Shown: positions 7,669-18,637 of the stretch, piece after piece
Layout of the letters: each line of letters opens with the position of its first letter
Position numbering within the stretch: position 1 is the stretch's first letter
DNA from: Actinomycetota bacterium
GTDB taxonomy: Bacteria; Actinomycetota; Thermoleophilia; Solirubrobacterales; JACPNS01
Direction: 5' to 3'
DNA: 64,000 nucleotides
Assembly (NCBI GenBank): GCA_016219715.1
Contig: JACRKX010000024.1
Coordinates: forward strand, 141 to 64,140
Translations under genes and position numbers: made by a program
Notes under the pieces: model-generated
What the model saw: the letters and a program-made list of their open reading frames with translations, nothing else
Databases searched by the model: none
Told to the model about the DNA's origin: nothing

Positions 7669-8520
7669 ATGCGCGCAGCCGTCATAACGCATCACTTCCC
7701 ACACGAGCAGGCCGTGCCGGCGATCGCCCGCCTGCGCGAACTGGCGGCCGCGCACGACTGTGAGTTGATCTTTGACGAGATCGAGACGGGCGCCGACCAT
7801 CAGCCGGGGCCGGGCACGATCACGCCGGTGGCCGACTTCGGCGAGGCTGAGATCGACGTAGCGATCGTGCTCGGCGGCGACGGCTCGATCCTGCGGTCGC
7901 TGCGCACCTTTGCCGGGACCGGTGTTCCGACCTTCGGGTTCAACTACGGAACGATCGGCTTCCTGGCAACCGTCGAGCCCGAAGAACTCGAGGACGGACT
8001 GCGCCGGGCGTTGACTGGTGACTTCGAAATCCGCCGGTTGCCGGCCCTGCGCGTCCGCTGTGGCGAGATCGACATGCGTGCCGTCAACGACATCACCTTC
8101 GGACGCGCCCACGAGGCGCGCGTTGCCGACATCTCGTATGCACTGGCCGGTCACACCGTTGGACGCGTGCGCTGCGACGGTCTCGTGGCCGCTACGCCGG
8201 CCGGTTCGACCGGCTACAACCTGGCCAACAGCGGGCCGATCCTGGCCTGGGGCGTGGAGGGCTACGTGGTGAGCTTCATCGCTCCGCACACGCTGACCGC
8301 CAGGGCCCTCGTCGCGGCGCCAGACGATCCGCTTACGGTCGCCAACGGCGCTCGCCGCGACGAGCTCGAGATCATGGTCGATGGATTGATCGTGGGGCGC
8401 CTGCCCGTCGGCGAGAGCGCGGAGCTGACATTCGAGGACGACGTCGCCTCGCTTGCCCAGCTACCCGGCAGCAGCTTCTACGCCCGCTTTCGCGAGAAGT
8501 TCGGGAAGCTGGCGTCGTAG
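7669..8520 (+). CDS. nadK: NAD kinase
   Basis: Contains the GGDGSILR and NYGTIGFL motifs. Sits in the tlyA-nadK-recN order known from mycobacteria. Confidence 0.9.
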   Translation: MRAAVITHHFPHEQAVPAIARLRELAAAHDCELIFDEIETGADHQPGPGTITPVADFGEAEIDVAIVLGGDGSILRSLRTFAGTGVPTFGFNYGTIGFLATVEPEELEDGLRRALTGDFEIRRLPALRVRCGEIDMRAVNDITFGRAHEARVADISYALAGHTVGRVRCDGLVAATPAGSTGYNLANSGPILAWGVEGYVVSFIAPHTLTARALVAAPDDPLTVANGARRDELEIMVDGLIVGRLPVGESAELTFEDDVASLAQLPGSSFYARFREKFGKLAS

Positions 8521-8539
8521 TTCGCCGCCCGGCCTGATA

Positions 8540-8553
8540 CGAACATTTGTTCG
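8540..8553. promoter_or_regulatory. LexA operator (Cheo/SOS box) upstream of recN
   Basis: CGAACATTTGTTCG is a perfect match to the Gram-positive/actinobacterial CGAAC-N4-GTTCG consensus. It lies about 27 nt upstream of the recN GTG. recN is a classical SOS gene. Confidence 0.8.
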
Positions 8554-8579
8554 TCCGGACCGTGGTGTTGAATGGCCGC

Positions 8580-10259
8580 GTGCTGACCGAACTCCGCATA
8601 GAAAACCTCTTGCTGATCGAACGCGCCGAACTTTCGTTCGATTCCGGTTTCAACGCGATCACGGGAGAAACCGGCGCCGGCAAGACCGTGCTTGCTCATG
8701 CGATCGACCTGTTGCTCGGCGGTAAGTCGCGCAAGGGAATCGTCAGGCCTGGGGCGGGGGAGGCCTATGTCGAGGGACTGTTTGCCTTACCACCGGGCCT
8801 GATCGACCGTCCCGAGTTCGCCGAGATTCGCGACCGCCTGCCCGATCCCGAGGCCGACGAGATAGCGCTCGCCCGACGTGTCACTCCGGAGGGGCGCACG
8901 CGCGCCTACATCGAAGGCCGTTCGGCCACCGCCGCGGATCTGCGCGAACTCGGAGGCGCTCTGGTGTCGTTCTACGGGCAGCACGAACACCGCAAGCTGA
9001 CGTTGGCCGGCGCTCAGCTGGCCACGCTCGATGGATTCTGCGGAGAAGCGCACCGAGCACGGGTGGGTGAAGCTGGCGAGCTTTACGAAGCGGCCAGTCG
9101 TATTCGTCGGCGTCTCACCGAACTTGAGGCCGTCGACGGCCGTCGCGAGCGTGAACTCGGTTTGATCGAGTTCGAACTTGCCGAGATCGACGAACTCGCC
9201 CCGGAAGCACGTGATTTCACCGCGCTTTGCGCCGAGCGGGATCGATTGCAGGCCGTCGACCTCCTGCGGGCCGCGTGCGACGCCGCGCTGACGGCTCTCG
9301 ACGACGAGGAATCGGGCGGTGCGAGCGGGCTCGTGGCAAGCGCCTCCTCCCAGCTCTCGGTCGTTGAGGGCAGCGACGCGAAGCTAGACGCGCTTGCGAA
9401 GCGCGTTGAGACCTTGTCGATCGAGCTTCAAGATGCGGCCGCCGACCTCCGCCACTATGGCGAAGAACTCGCCTCCGACCCTGAGCGCCTCGCCGTCGTC
9501 AATGAGCGCCTCGACGGTTACGAGCGGCTGATGCGCAAACACGGCGGGACGATCGAATCGGTGATTTCGCACGGCGACCGCTGCCGCGAGGATCGCGATC
9601 GGCTGTCTGGCTCGCGTGAGGAGATTGCAGCCGCGACCGAGCAGCTCATGAGCGTCGAGGTTTCTCAGCGCGAGATCGCCAAAGCGATTTCGAAAGCGCG
9701 CGGTAAGGCCGCTCCGAAACTGGCGACCGCCGTGCGCGAGCGCCTGGCCGAGCTGGCGCTGGCCGATGCTTCGTTCGAGATCGCGATTTCCACAGACCTC
9801 AGCGACCTGCGGCCCACCGGTGGCGACGCGGTCGAGTTCCTGATTGCTCCGAATCCCGGCATTGCGGCCATGCCGCTGCGCGATACCGCTTCGGGCGGCG
9901 AGTTGTCGCGCGTGATGCTTGCGCTGCTTACCGCCTCCGGCGCGAGCGGAGACCAAACGTATGTCTTCGACGAGATCGACGCCGGAATCGGCGGCCACAC
10001 CGCGCGTGCCGTGGGCGAGCAATTGAGCACGCTGGGAGCAGCGCGCCAAGTGATCTGCATCACCCACCTGCCACAGGTGGCCGCCGCCGCGAGCCGCCAT
10101 TTCCAGATCGAGAAATCGACCGATGGCTCCGAGGCGCGCACCGAAGTTCGCCAGCTGAGCGACACCGCCGTAGTCGACGAGCTATGCCGCATGCTTGGAG
10201 CAGCCGAAGACGACGCGGGCGCGCGGCGTCACGCGAAAGAGCTGCTCGCTACGTCCTGA
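8580..10259 (+). CDS. recN: DNA repair protein RecN
   Basis: (M)LTELRIENLLLIERAEL...ITGETGAGKT (Walker A), with C-terminal SGGELSRVMLAL and the Walker B FDEIDAGIGG. GTG at 8580 gives the canonical N-terminus. The ORF is open from TTG at 8547. Confidence 0.9.
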   Translation: MLTELRIENLLLIERAELSFDSGFNAITGETGAGKTVLAHAIDLLLGGKSRKGIVRPGAGEAYVEGLFALPPGLIDRPEFAEIRDRLPDPEADEIALARRVTPEGRTRAYIEGRSATAADLRELGGALVSFYGQHEHRKLTLAGAQLATLDGFCGEAHRARVGEAGELYEAASRIRRRLTELEAVDGRRERELGLIEFELAEIDELAPEARDFTALCAERDRLQAVDLLRAACDAALTALDDEESGGASGLVASASSQLSVVEGSDAKLDALAKRVETLSIELQDAAADLRHYGEELASDPERLAVVNERLDGYERLMRKHGGTIESVISHGDRCREDRDRLSGSREEIAAATEQLMSVEVSQREIAKAISKARGKAAPKLATAVRERLAELALADASFEIAISTDLSDLRPTGGDAVEFLIAPNPGIAAMPLRDTASGGELSRVMLALLTASGASGDQTYVFDEIDAGIGGHTARAVGEQLSTLGAARQVICITHLPQVAAAASRHFQIEKSTDGSEARTEVRQLSDTAVVDELCRMLGAAEDDAGARRHAKELLATS

Positions 10260-10302
10260 GACCCTTAATACGCCCTTCGCGGTGGTGTTCTAATGTCCAG
10301 CA

Positions 10303-11475
10303 ATGGCCCGCACAACCAGCGAAAACCTTGCCGTGGGGCCGGCACACGCGAAGCAGGTCAGCGGCGTCGTGCGCCCCGGCAAACGCACGAAGTTGCTGAC
10401 CAAGTCGCTCGTTCCCGGCGAGATCGCGTTGATCGACCACAAGGACATCGACCGCGTCTCCGGGGAGGAACTCGTGCGCAAAGGTGTCAGCTGCGTGATC
10501 AACGTCGCGCCGTCTTCGACCGGGGAGTATCCGAATACGGGTCCGGGGATCATCGCGCAGGCAGGGGTGCATCTCGTCGATGCCATCGACGAGCCGCTGT
10601 TCGAGCTGCTTGGCGATGGCGACTCGATCACGGTTCGCGGCGGAGAGGTGCTCAAAGACGGCGAAGTCATAGCGCGCGGTGACGTGCAGTCGCCCGACGT
10701 CGTGGCGGCGAAGTACGAACAGGCAAAGCGTCAGGTCGGTCTCGCGCTCGAACGTTTCGCTGAGAACACTCTGCATCACATCCGCCAGGAGAGCGAGCTT
10801 CTGTCGGGCCGTCTCGACTTTCCGGAGCTCGACACCGTCTTCCGCGATCGCCACGTCCTGATCGTCGTACGTGGCGTCGACCACCAGCGGGATCTGCGCG
10901 CCCTTCGCACATACATCCGCGATGAGCGGCCGCTGCTCGTCGGCGTCGACGGTGGCGCCGACGCGCTGATCGACGAAGGCCACTCGCCAGACTTGATCGT
11001 CGGCGACATGGACAGCGCGCACGACGGAGTGCTCGCCTGTGGCGCCGAGTTGATCGTTCACGCCTACACGGACGGCCGCGCTCCCGGACGCGAGCGGCTC
11101 GACCGGCTCGGGCTCGACTACAAAATCGTCGCCGCACCGGGCACCAGCGAGGACATCGCCATGTTGATGGCAGCCGAAGAAGGCGCGTCGCTGATCGTCA
11201 GTGTCGGCGCGCACTTCAACCTCGTCGAGTTTCTCGACAAGAACCGCAAGGGCATGGCCTCCACGTTCCTCACGCGCGTTCGCGTAGGCGAGATCCTGAT
11301 CGACGCCAAGGGCGTCAGCCGGCTCTACAGGCCGCGGCCATCGGCGCGAGCGCTCTACGCGGTGCTGGGCGCCGGCGTCTTTGCCCTCGGTGTCGCGATC
11401 TTCGCTTCGCCCTCGCTCAACAACCTCGTCGACCTAGTCTGGCTCAAGCTGAAGGTGATCGTCGGAATCGGCTAA
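10303..11475 (+). CDS. steA: SteA-like protein (putative cytokinetic ring protein with a thiamine-pyrophosphokinase-like domain and C-terminal TM)
   Basis: Contains IVGDMDS and GTSEDIAM motifs and a C-terminal membrane helix. Occupies the position after recN, like Rv1697 and Corynebacterium SteA. Confidence 0.75.
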   Translation: MARTTSENLAVGPAHAKQVSGVVRPGKRTKLLTKSLVPGEIALIDHKDIDRVSGEELVRKGVSCVINVAPSSTGEYPNTGPGIIAQAGVHLVDAIDEPLFELLGDGDSITVRGGEVLKDGEVIARGDVQSPDVVAAKYEQAKRQVGLALERFAENTLHHIRQESELLSGRLDFPELDTVFRDRHVLIVVRGVDHQRDLRALRTYIRDERPLLVGVDGGADALIDEGHSPDLIVGDMDSAHDGVLACGAELIVHAYTDGRAPGRERLDRLGLDYKIVAAPGTSEDIAMLMAAEEGASLIVSVGAHFNLVEFLDKNRKGMASTFLTRVRVGEILIDAKGVSRLYRPRPSARALYAVLGAGVFALGVAIFASPSLNNLVDLVWLKLKVIVGIG

Positions 11476-11502
11476 GTCGCCGGTCTGCTTCGATATTCCG
11501 CC

Positions 11503-12360
11503 GTGATCGACTTTCGTTACCACGCGATGTCCCTTGCCGCCGTCTTCGTGGCGCTGGCCGTCGGCCTGCTGCTGGGCGTGACGATCGGCGACACGGAGCT
11601 GCTCTCCAATGTGCGCGGCAACCTCGAACGCTCGCTCAGCGCCGACCTCGACGAGGCGAACCAGCACAACTCCGACCTCGAGAAGCGAGCCAAGCAGCAG
11701 AATGAGTTCGCTCGCGCGGCATACCCGCAGATGGTTGCCGGTCGACTAGACGGCCGCCGCGTCGCGCTGATCGCTTCGGCGGGCGGCACGAGCGGCGTGA
11801 TCGATCCAGTCGCCGGATCGATCGAACCGGCCGGCGGCGATCTCGCGTATTCCGCCGAACTCGTCGCCGAGCCGCGCTACCAGGCGCTGGCAGGAGCACT
11901 TGGGGTGGCCGAGGTGATCGACGGCGCCGAGCCGGACCCGAAGCAGACCGAGAAACTCGGCGTCGCCGTCGGCAGGCGCATGGCGCGCGGCCGAAATCTG
12001 CCACAGCTGCGCCGCTTCGCCTTCCGCCGCTTCAGCGGCGACTTCGGCCGCGTGCGCCTGCTCGCGTTTTCGCGTCGCGAGCCGGCCGAGCCGAAGACCG
12101 ACGCCGGCCGCCGGCTCGACGCCTTCGAGCGCGGCGTCGTGTCTGGTCTCTCGCGTGACGCTCAGCGCGTGGTCGGCGTTGAGGCGATCGAAAACGTTCC
12201 GTCGAGCATCAAGTGGTACAACTCGCTCGGCCTGTCTAGCGTCGACAACATCGAGCAGTACGCCGGCCACTACTCGCTCGTGATGCTGCTCGACGGCGCG
12301 AAGGGCGACTACGGCGTAAAGGACACCGCTGACGCGGTCGTTCCGCCGGTGGCTCCGTAG
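11503..12360 (+). CDS. MctB-like 'copper transporter' family membrane-anchored protein (SteB position)
   Basis: The N-terminus MIDFRYHAMSLAAVFVALAVGLLLG matches the MctB/Rv1698-family start. Located between steA and pyrG, as in mycobacteria. Confidence 0.7.
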   Translation: MIDFRYHAMSLAAVFVALAVGLLLGVTIGDTELLSNVRGNLERSLSADLDEANQHNSDLEKRAKQQNEFARAAYPQMVAGRLDGRRVALIASAGGTSGVIDPVAGSIEPAGGDLAYSAELVAEPRYQALAGALGVAEVIDGAEPDPKQTEKLGVAVGRRMARGRNLPQLRRFAFRRFSGDFGRVRLLAFSRREPAEPKTDAGRRLDAFERGVVSGLSRDAQRVVGVEAIENVPSSIKWYNSLGLSSVDNIEQYAGHYSLVMLLDGAKGDYGVKDTADAVVPPVAP

Positions 12361-12362
12361 CC

Positions 12363-13241
12363 TTGGCTAACTTCCAGCTCGTGCAGGCGCTTCCCCTCGT
12401 ACTGGCCTTCGTATTTGCGCTTGCGGTCGCGCCGCTGCTTCTGCGCGGACTGTTCGAGGCCGGTTGGGTGCGCCGCAACTACGCCGGGCGAGAGGTGCCG
12501 GTGCCATCGGGCATGCTGATCCCGCTGGCGGCGTTTGGCGCGCTTGGTGTGGCCGCTCCGCTCGACCGCCTTGTCGACGACGATGTCCTCGGCGGGCCCG
12601 GACTTGCCGGAGCGATGCTCTACGTGGTCGGCGTCTGCCTGCTGGGCGTGATCGACGACCTGATCGGCACGCCGGCGATCGAGGAGGGCCTCGGACGCAA
12701 GGATCCGCGCGGCCTGCGCGGCCACGCGCGGGCAGTCGTTGGCGGCGGTTTCTCGACCGGCGCAGTCAAGGCGATCGGTGCGCTCGGACTCGCGGCCTTC
12801 GCCGTCGGGCTGATCGTGCCAGGCGACTGGGAGTACCTACTGGCGATCGCGCTGGTCGTGGTCACGACGAATCTCTTCAACCTGCTCGATCTGCGCCCCG
12901 GGCGTGCGCTGAAGGTCTTCTTCGTACTCGTCGCCGGGCTGGCGATCGCAAGCTGGACACTCGCGCCGTTGTGGACGATGGGCGTGTTTGTCGGCTCGCT
13001 GCCGGTGCTCGCCTATTACGACCTCGGTGAGCGTGGAATGATGGGCGACACGGGCTCAAACGCCGTCGGGGCGATCGCCGGACTGTGGATGGTGCTCGTG
13101 CTCGACACGACCGGCCAGGCGATCGCGCTGGCAGTCGTATTTCTAATCACGCTATATGGGGAGTTCCGCTCGATCTCGCGATTAATCGATCGGACCCCCG
13201 TGTTACGGTTCATCGATTCGTTAGGACGGACAAAGGATTGA
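12363..13241 (+). CDS. Polytopic membrane protein, divergent glycosyltransferase family 4 (MraY/WecA-like)
   Basis: 292 aa with multiple TM segments. Contains VIDDLIG and TNLFNLLDLRPG and GDTGSNAVGA blocks reminiscent of polyprenyl-phosphate sugar-phosphate transferases. TTG start. Confidence 0.5.
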   Translation: MANFQLVQALPLVLAFVFALAVAPLLLRGLFEAGWVRRNYAGREVPVPSGMLIPLAAFGALGVAAPLDRLVDDDVLGGPGLAGAMLYVVGVCLLGVIDDLIGTPAIEEGLGRKDPRGLRGHARAVVGGGFSTGAVKAIGALGLAAFAVGLIVPGDWEYLLAIALVVVTTNLFNLLDLRPGRALKVFFVLVAGLAIASWTLAPLWTMGVFVGSLPVLAYYDLGERGMMGDTGSNAVGAIAGLWMVLVLDTTGQAIALAVVFLITLYGEFRSISRLIDRTPVLRFIDSLGRTKD

Positions 13242-14999
<1,758 letters not shown>

Positions 15000-15041
15000 G
15001 CCGCCTGGCGGCTGCCATCGCGTACGGTTGGTGATCTGCTG

Positions 15042-16061
15042 ATGCTCTGTCTCAGGCGCGCCACCGTCATCGAAGTCGAACGCGCCGCGAGCGGCGTGCG
15101 CGGCATCGAATATCTGGTCGTAGAGCTGTCGGATGGTGGCGATCGGCGCGCGGCCTACGCCGATGTCGGGCTGGTCGGCGGCTGCGTAGTCGGAGATGAC
15201 GTGATCGTCAACGTCGAGGCCGTCGAATTAGGCCTTGGCTCGGGAGGCAGCGACGTGGTGCTCGCGAATCTCACGCGTGGACTCGAGGGCGCGGCCGATT
15301 CCGGTTGTCACGTAATGAAGCTCAACTACTCGCCGCTTCAGCACGGTGTCGACCCCGTCGAGCCCGCTGAACTCGAGCTACCGCTCGGCGGCGCCGTAGC
15401 GGCGTTTCAGCTGCACGGGCAACTCGCGCCGGTCGCGTGGGCCGCTGCTCGGGAGCGACCCGGGCTGCGGGTCGGCTACGTGCAGACCGGGGGAGGGGCG
15501 CTGCCTGGGGCGTTCTCCGCCACCGTTGCGGAGCTGCTCGATCGAGAACTGCTTTGCGACCACATCACGGCCGCACCGGCGTATGGTGCGGCCGCCGAGG
15601 CGATGAGCACGGCCGGCGCGTTGCATGCCGGCTTCGCCGAGCGCGGCTGGGACTGTGCGGTCGCCGGCCCCGGTCCCGGCATCATCGGGTCGGCCACGGC
15701 GCTCGGGCACGGCGGCATGGTCGCGCTCGACACACTGCACGCGGCGCTTGCGCTTGGCTGCGCGGGCGTACTTGTGGCCCGCGCATCGAGCGGCGACCCT
15801 CGCGCCCGCCATCAGGGGATCTCGCATCACACCCGCTCAGTGCTGCGGCTGCTGCTTCTCGAGGTCACGGTCGGCCTGGGCCCGCGCGCACCACGTACCG
15901 ACGAACTCGCGCGCCACAACGTCGTCGACACCGACCCTGATCTCGACGCATATGCGGCCAGCGGCCTTCCGGCGCGAACGATGGGTCGCGACCTGCGCGA
16001 AGACGAGCTGTTCTTCGAGCAGGCCCTGGCCGGGGGTATCGCGCTCGCGCGCGCGGCCTAG
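15042..16061 (+). CDS. Conserved hypothetical protein (resembles the DUF3866 family, from memory)
   Basis: 339-aa ORF with coding-like composition. Motifs KLNYSPLQH and GPGPGIIGS. No catalytic family recognised. Confidence 0.45.
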   Translation: MLCLRRATVIEVERAASGVRGIEYLVVELSDGGDRRAAYADVGLVGGCVVGDDVIVNVEAVELGLGSGGSDVVLANLTRGLEGAADSGCHVMKLNYSPLQHGVDPVEPAELELPLGGAVAAFQLHGQLAPVAWAAARERPGLRVGYVQTGGGALPGAFSATVAELLDRELLCDHITAAPAYGAAAEAMSTAGALHAGFAERGWDCAVAGPGPGIIGSATALGHGGMVALDTLHAALALGCAGVLVARASSGDPRARHQGISHHTRSVLRLLLLEVTVGLGPRAPRTDELARHNVVDTDPDLDAYAASGLPARTMGRDLREDELFFEQALAGGIALARAA

Positions 16062-16158
16062 GCGAGTCGACAGCCGCGACCGGCAGACCGGTCACCGGTA
16101 CTTCTCGTTGCGAACCGTGTTCCGATCGGGTGAAGCCGTGTAACTTGAATTCTCCACT

Positions 16159-17541
16159 TTGAGCGCCTCGAAGCCCATATCGATCCGCCCCAGGTACCTG
16201 CTTGCGTTGGCAATCGCCGCCGTGTTGATTGCGCCGGCTGCCGCGGCGGCGGATACCTATGTCGTCGACGACGCGGCCAGCGGCAGCGCTGGCGCCTGCT
16301 CGGTGGGCCCCGGAGACTGCACCCTGCGAGACGCGATCGACGCAGCCAATGCCAATGCCGGTGCCGACACGATCACCTTCGCCGCTGTGGCGATCGTGCT
16401 CGACTCACCGCTGCCGCCAGTCACCGACCCGGTCGCGATCAATGCATTCGGCGTGGCAGTGACCGTCAGCGGCTCGGCCACCTATGCCACCAACTACTGC
16501 GCCACCACCGACTACGCCTTCGACCTGACCGATTCCGGCGCGACGCCGAGCAGCGTGCGCTCGCTGCCGATCTTCGACGTGTGCAACCGTGCAATCAGGT
16601 CAAACGTGGCGCCGCCGACGATCAGGGTCGGTCCGCGCCGTTTTGACAACACGGTCTCGGTCTCCGGAACCGCTGCGGCGGGGGCACAGGTCGACGTCTT
16701 TTCCGCCGATGGCCCGGACACCGCTGCCAGCGAGGGCGAGGCGTTTCTCTTCACGCTTTCGGCACCCAGCGGGACTTTCTCGTACACGCCGGGTAGCGAG
16801 CCCGTCGCCGGCGACAAGTTCACAGCGATTCAGCGGACCGGCGCCGGTGGCTCGAACTTTGCCACGCGCGCCGACACGCCAAGCGATCTCGCCTCTCCGA
16901 CCTTGCAGCAAGCGGTCGCCGTCAGCAATTCGAGCATTCGGCTCGATTTCAGCGAGCCGATCGCGCCGGATTCAGCTACGCCATCCGCGTTTGCACTCTC
17001 CGTCGCCGCGGTGCCGCGAGCGATTTCGTCGGCCACGGTGTCGGGCAGTTCGGTGTATCTCGAATCGAGCGTGCCGTGGCAGACCGGCGAAGCCGGCAGT
17101 GCGGTGCTGACCGGGACCGTGCGGGTCACCGACCTGACTGGAAACGAGGCGATCGGCCAGCCGGGCGTAGACGTGTATGCCGGGCCCGGCGAGGCCACGC
17201 TTCCTCAGATCACGAGCATGCGACTAGCGCCAAACCGGTTCTGCAAGCGCGCAACGCGGCGCTGCCGCCGTGCGAAGTCGACCGTGCTGATCGCCCTCAA
17301 CAAGCCCGCTCGCGTGATCTTCGAGGTGCGTCGTGGGGGCAGGCGCGGCAGGACGATGGTCACGTTCGTGCGCCGTCTCGATGCCGGACGCAACCGCGTG
17401 AAGCTCACGGCGGTCGTATCGGGCAAGCAGCTGCCGGCCACGATTCTGGCTCTGCGTGCGACCGCGCAGGACGTGGCGCGTTCACTTTCGCCGCCGGCCG
17501 AGGCCGTCTTCCGGATCGTCACCGACAAATCGAAGCTGTAA
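16159..17541 (+). CDS. Secreted protein with N-terminal CSLREA-type motif and basic C-terminal beta domain
   Basis: Signal peptide (LLALAIAAVLIAPAAAAA). CTLRDAIDAANANAGADTITF matches the CSLREA-domain pattern. Ig-like repeats follow, with an Arg-rich C-terminal domain. Confidence 0.55.
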   Translation: MSASKPISIRPRYLLALAIAAVLIAPAAAAADTYVVDDAASGSAGACSVGPGDCTLRDAIDAANANAGADTITFAAVAIVLDSPLPPVTDPVAINAFGVAVTVSGSATYATNYCATTDYAFDLTDSGATPSSVRSLPIFDVCNRAIRSNVAPPTIRVGPRRFDNTVSVSGTAAAGAQVDVFSADGPDTAASEGEAFLFTLSAPSGTFSYTPGSEPVAGDKFTAIQRTGAGGSNFATRADTPSDLASPTLQQAVAVSNSSIRLDFSEPIAPDSATPSAFALSVAAVPRAISSATVSGSSVYLESSVPWQTGEAGSAVLTGTVRVTDLTGNEAIGQPGVDVYAGPGEATLPQITSMRLAPNRFCKRATRRCRRAKSTVLIALNKPARVIFEVRRGGRRGRTMVTFVRRLDAGRNRVKLTAVVSGKQLPATILALRATAQDVARSLSPPAEAVFRIVTDKSKL

Positions 17542-17543
17542 GA

Positions 17544-17574
17544 CCAGCGCGCGACCGCGTCGCGACTGGGTTTT
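17544..17574 (+). terminator. Intrinsic terminator-like hairpin with T-run
   Basis: CCAGCGCGCGACCGCGTCGCGACTGG followed by GTTTT. It begins 3 nt after the stop of the secreted-protein gene. Confidence 0.6.
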
Positions 17575-17645
17575 CGACGCAACTCTGATTGCGATCCGGT
17601 CAGGGATTGAAGGTTTGCGCGCGAGATTCCGAAAACTCAGTAACG

Positions 17646-18632
17646 ATGGCTCAGCCCGCCACTACCTCTCATGCCCGGATTGAGCCTCCGCCTCCGACAG
17701 CAACCCGCCCCGGCGCCGCCGCTCGCTTCGAGGACATGCTGCTCGATTTTCTCTCGTACCTCGAGTTCGAGGCACGCTGCGCCGAGAACACGCTGATCGC
17801 ATATCGCACCGACCTGATGCAGTTCGGTGCGTGGATCGGAACGCACGACATCGACGCGTTGTCGGTGACCCGCGCCGACGTGATCGCCTACCTAGAGGAA
17901 CTTGCCGCAACCGGTGAGATCGCCGGCACGACGCTGCACCGCAAGCTGTCGTCGCTGCGCAGCTTCTATGTGCACCAGCGCCGCGAGGGCGCGATCGAGC
18001 ACGATCCGACGGCCGACGTCAAGGCGCCGGCACAGACGAAGAAGCTCCCCAGCGTGCTCAGCCGCGCCGAGGTGTCGCACCTGATCAACCAGATACAGGG
18101 CCAGGACGCGATCGCTCTGCGCGACCGCGCCTTGCTTGAGCTGATGTACGCCAGCGGTCTGCGCGTCAGCGAGGTCGCCGGACTAGAGGTCAGCGACGTC
18201 GACTTCGACGAAGCGATCGTGCGTACGCGCGGCAAGGGCAGCAAGGAGCGCATCGTGCCGGTCGGCCGCGCCGCGCTGCTGGCGATTCGCATCTACCTGC
18301 GCGCCGGGCGTCGCCAGCTGACCAAGGACAGGCCGCAGCGATTCCTGTTCGTGAACTTTCGCGGTGGCCAGTTGACCAGGCAGGGTCTCTACAAGATCGT
18401 CCGCAAGTACGCCGAGCGCGCTGGTCTGGGCGACCAGATGAGTCCGCACACCCTGCGTCACACCTTTGCCACGCATCTGCTCTCCGGCGGTTGCGACCTG
18501 CGGTCGGTTCAGGAGATGCTGGGCCACGCCGACGTGGCCACGACGCAGACCTACACCCATCTCACCACCGAACGCCTGAAGGACGTGTACTTCACCGCGC
18601 ACCCGCGCGCGGTTCTGCACGAGCTGCGCTAA
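17646..18632 (+). CDS. xerD: Tyrosine recombinase XerD/XerC family
   Basis: Core-binding domain (ENTLIAYRTDL) and catalytic motifs (RVSE...HTLRHTFATHLL...LGHADVATTQTYTH). ATG at 17646 lies inside the longer ORF. Confidence 0.8.
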   Translation: MAQPATTSHARIEPPPPTATRPGAAARFEDMLLDFLSYLEFEARCAENTLIAYRTDLMQFGAWIGTHDIDALSVTRADVIAYLEELAATGEIAGTTLHRKLSSLRSFYVHQRREGAIEHDPTADVKAPAQTKKLPSVLSRAEVSHLINQIQGQDAIALRDRALLELMYASGLRVSEVAGLEVSDVDFDEAIVRTRGKGSKERIVPVGRAALLAIRIYLRAGRRQLTKDRPQRFLFVNFRGGQLTRQGLYKIVRKYAERAGLGDQMSPHTLRHTFATHLLSGGCDLRSVQEMLGHADVATTQTYTHLTTERLKDVYFTAHPRAVLHELR

Positions 18633-18637
18633 CAGCG

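Noticed and set aside
8566-8574. 9-mer TGTTGAATG next to the recN start, identical to part of the hairpin-element terminus
   Set aside because: A single 9-mer match is expected by chance about once in a window of this size. No adjacent ACATCC/GGATGT hairpin is present.
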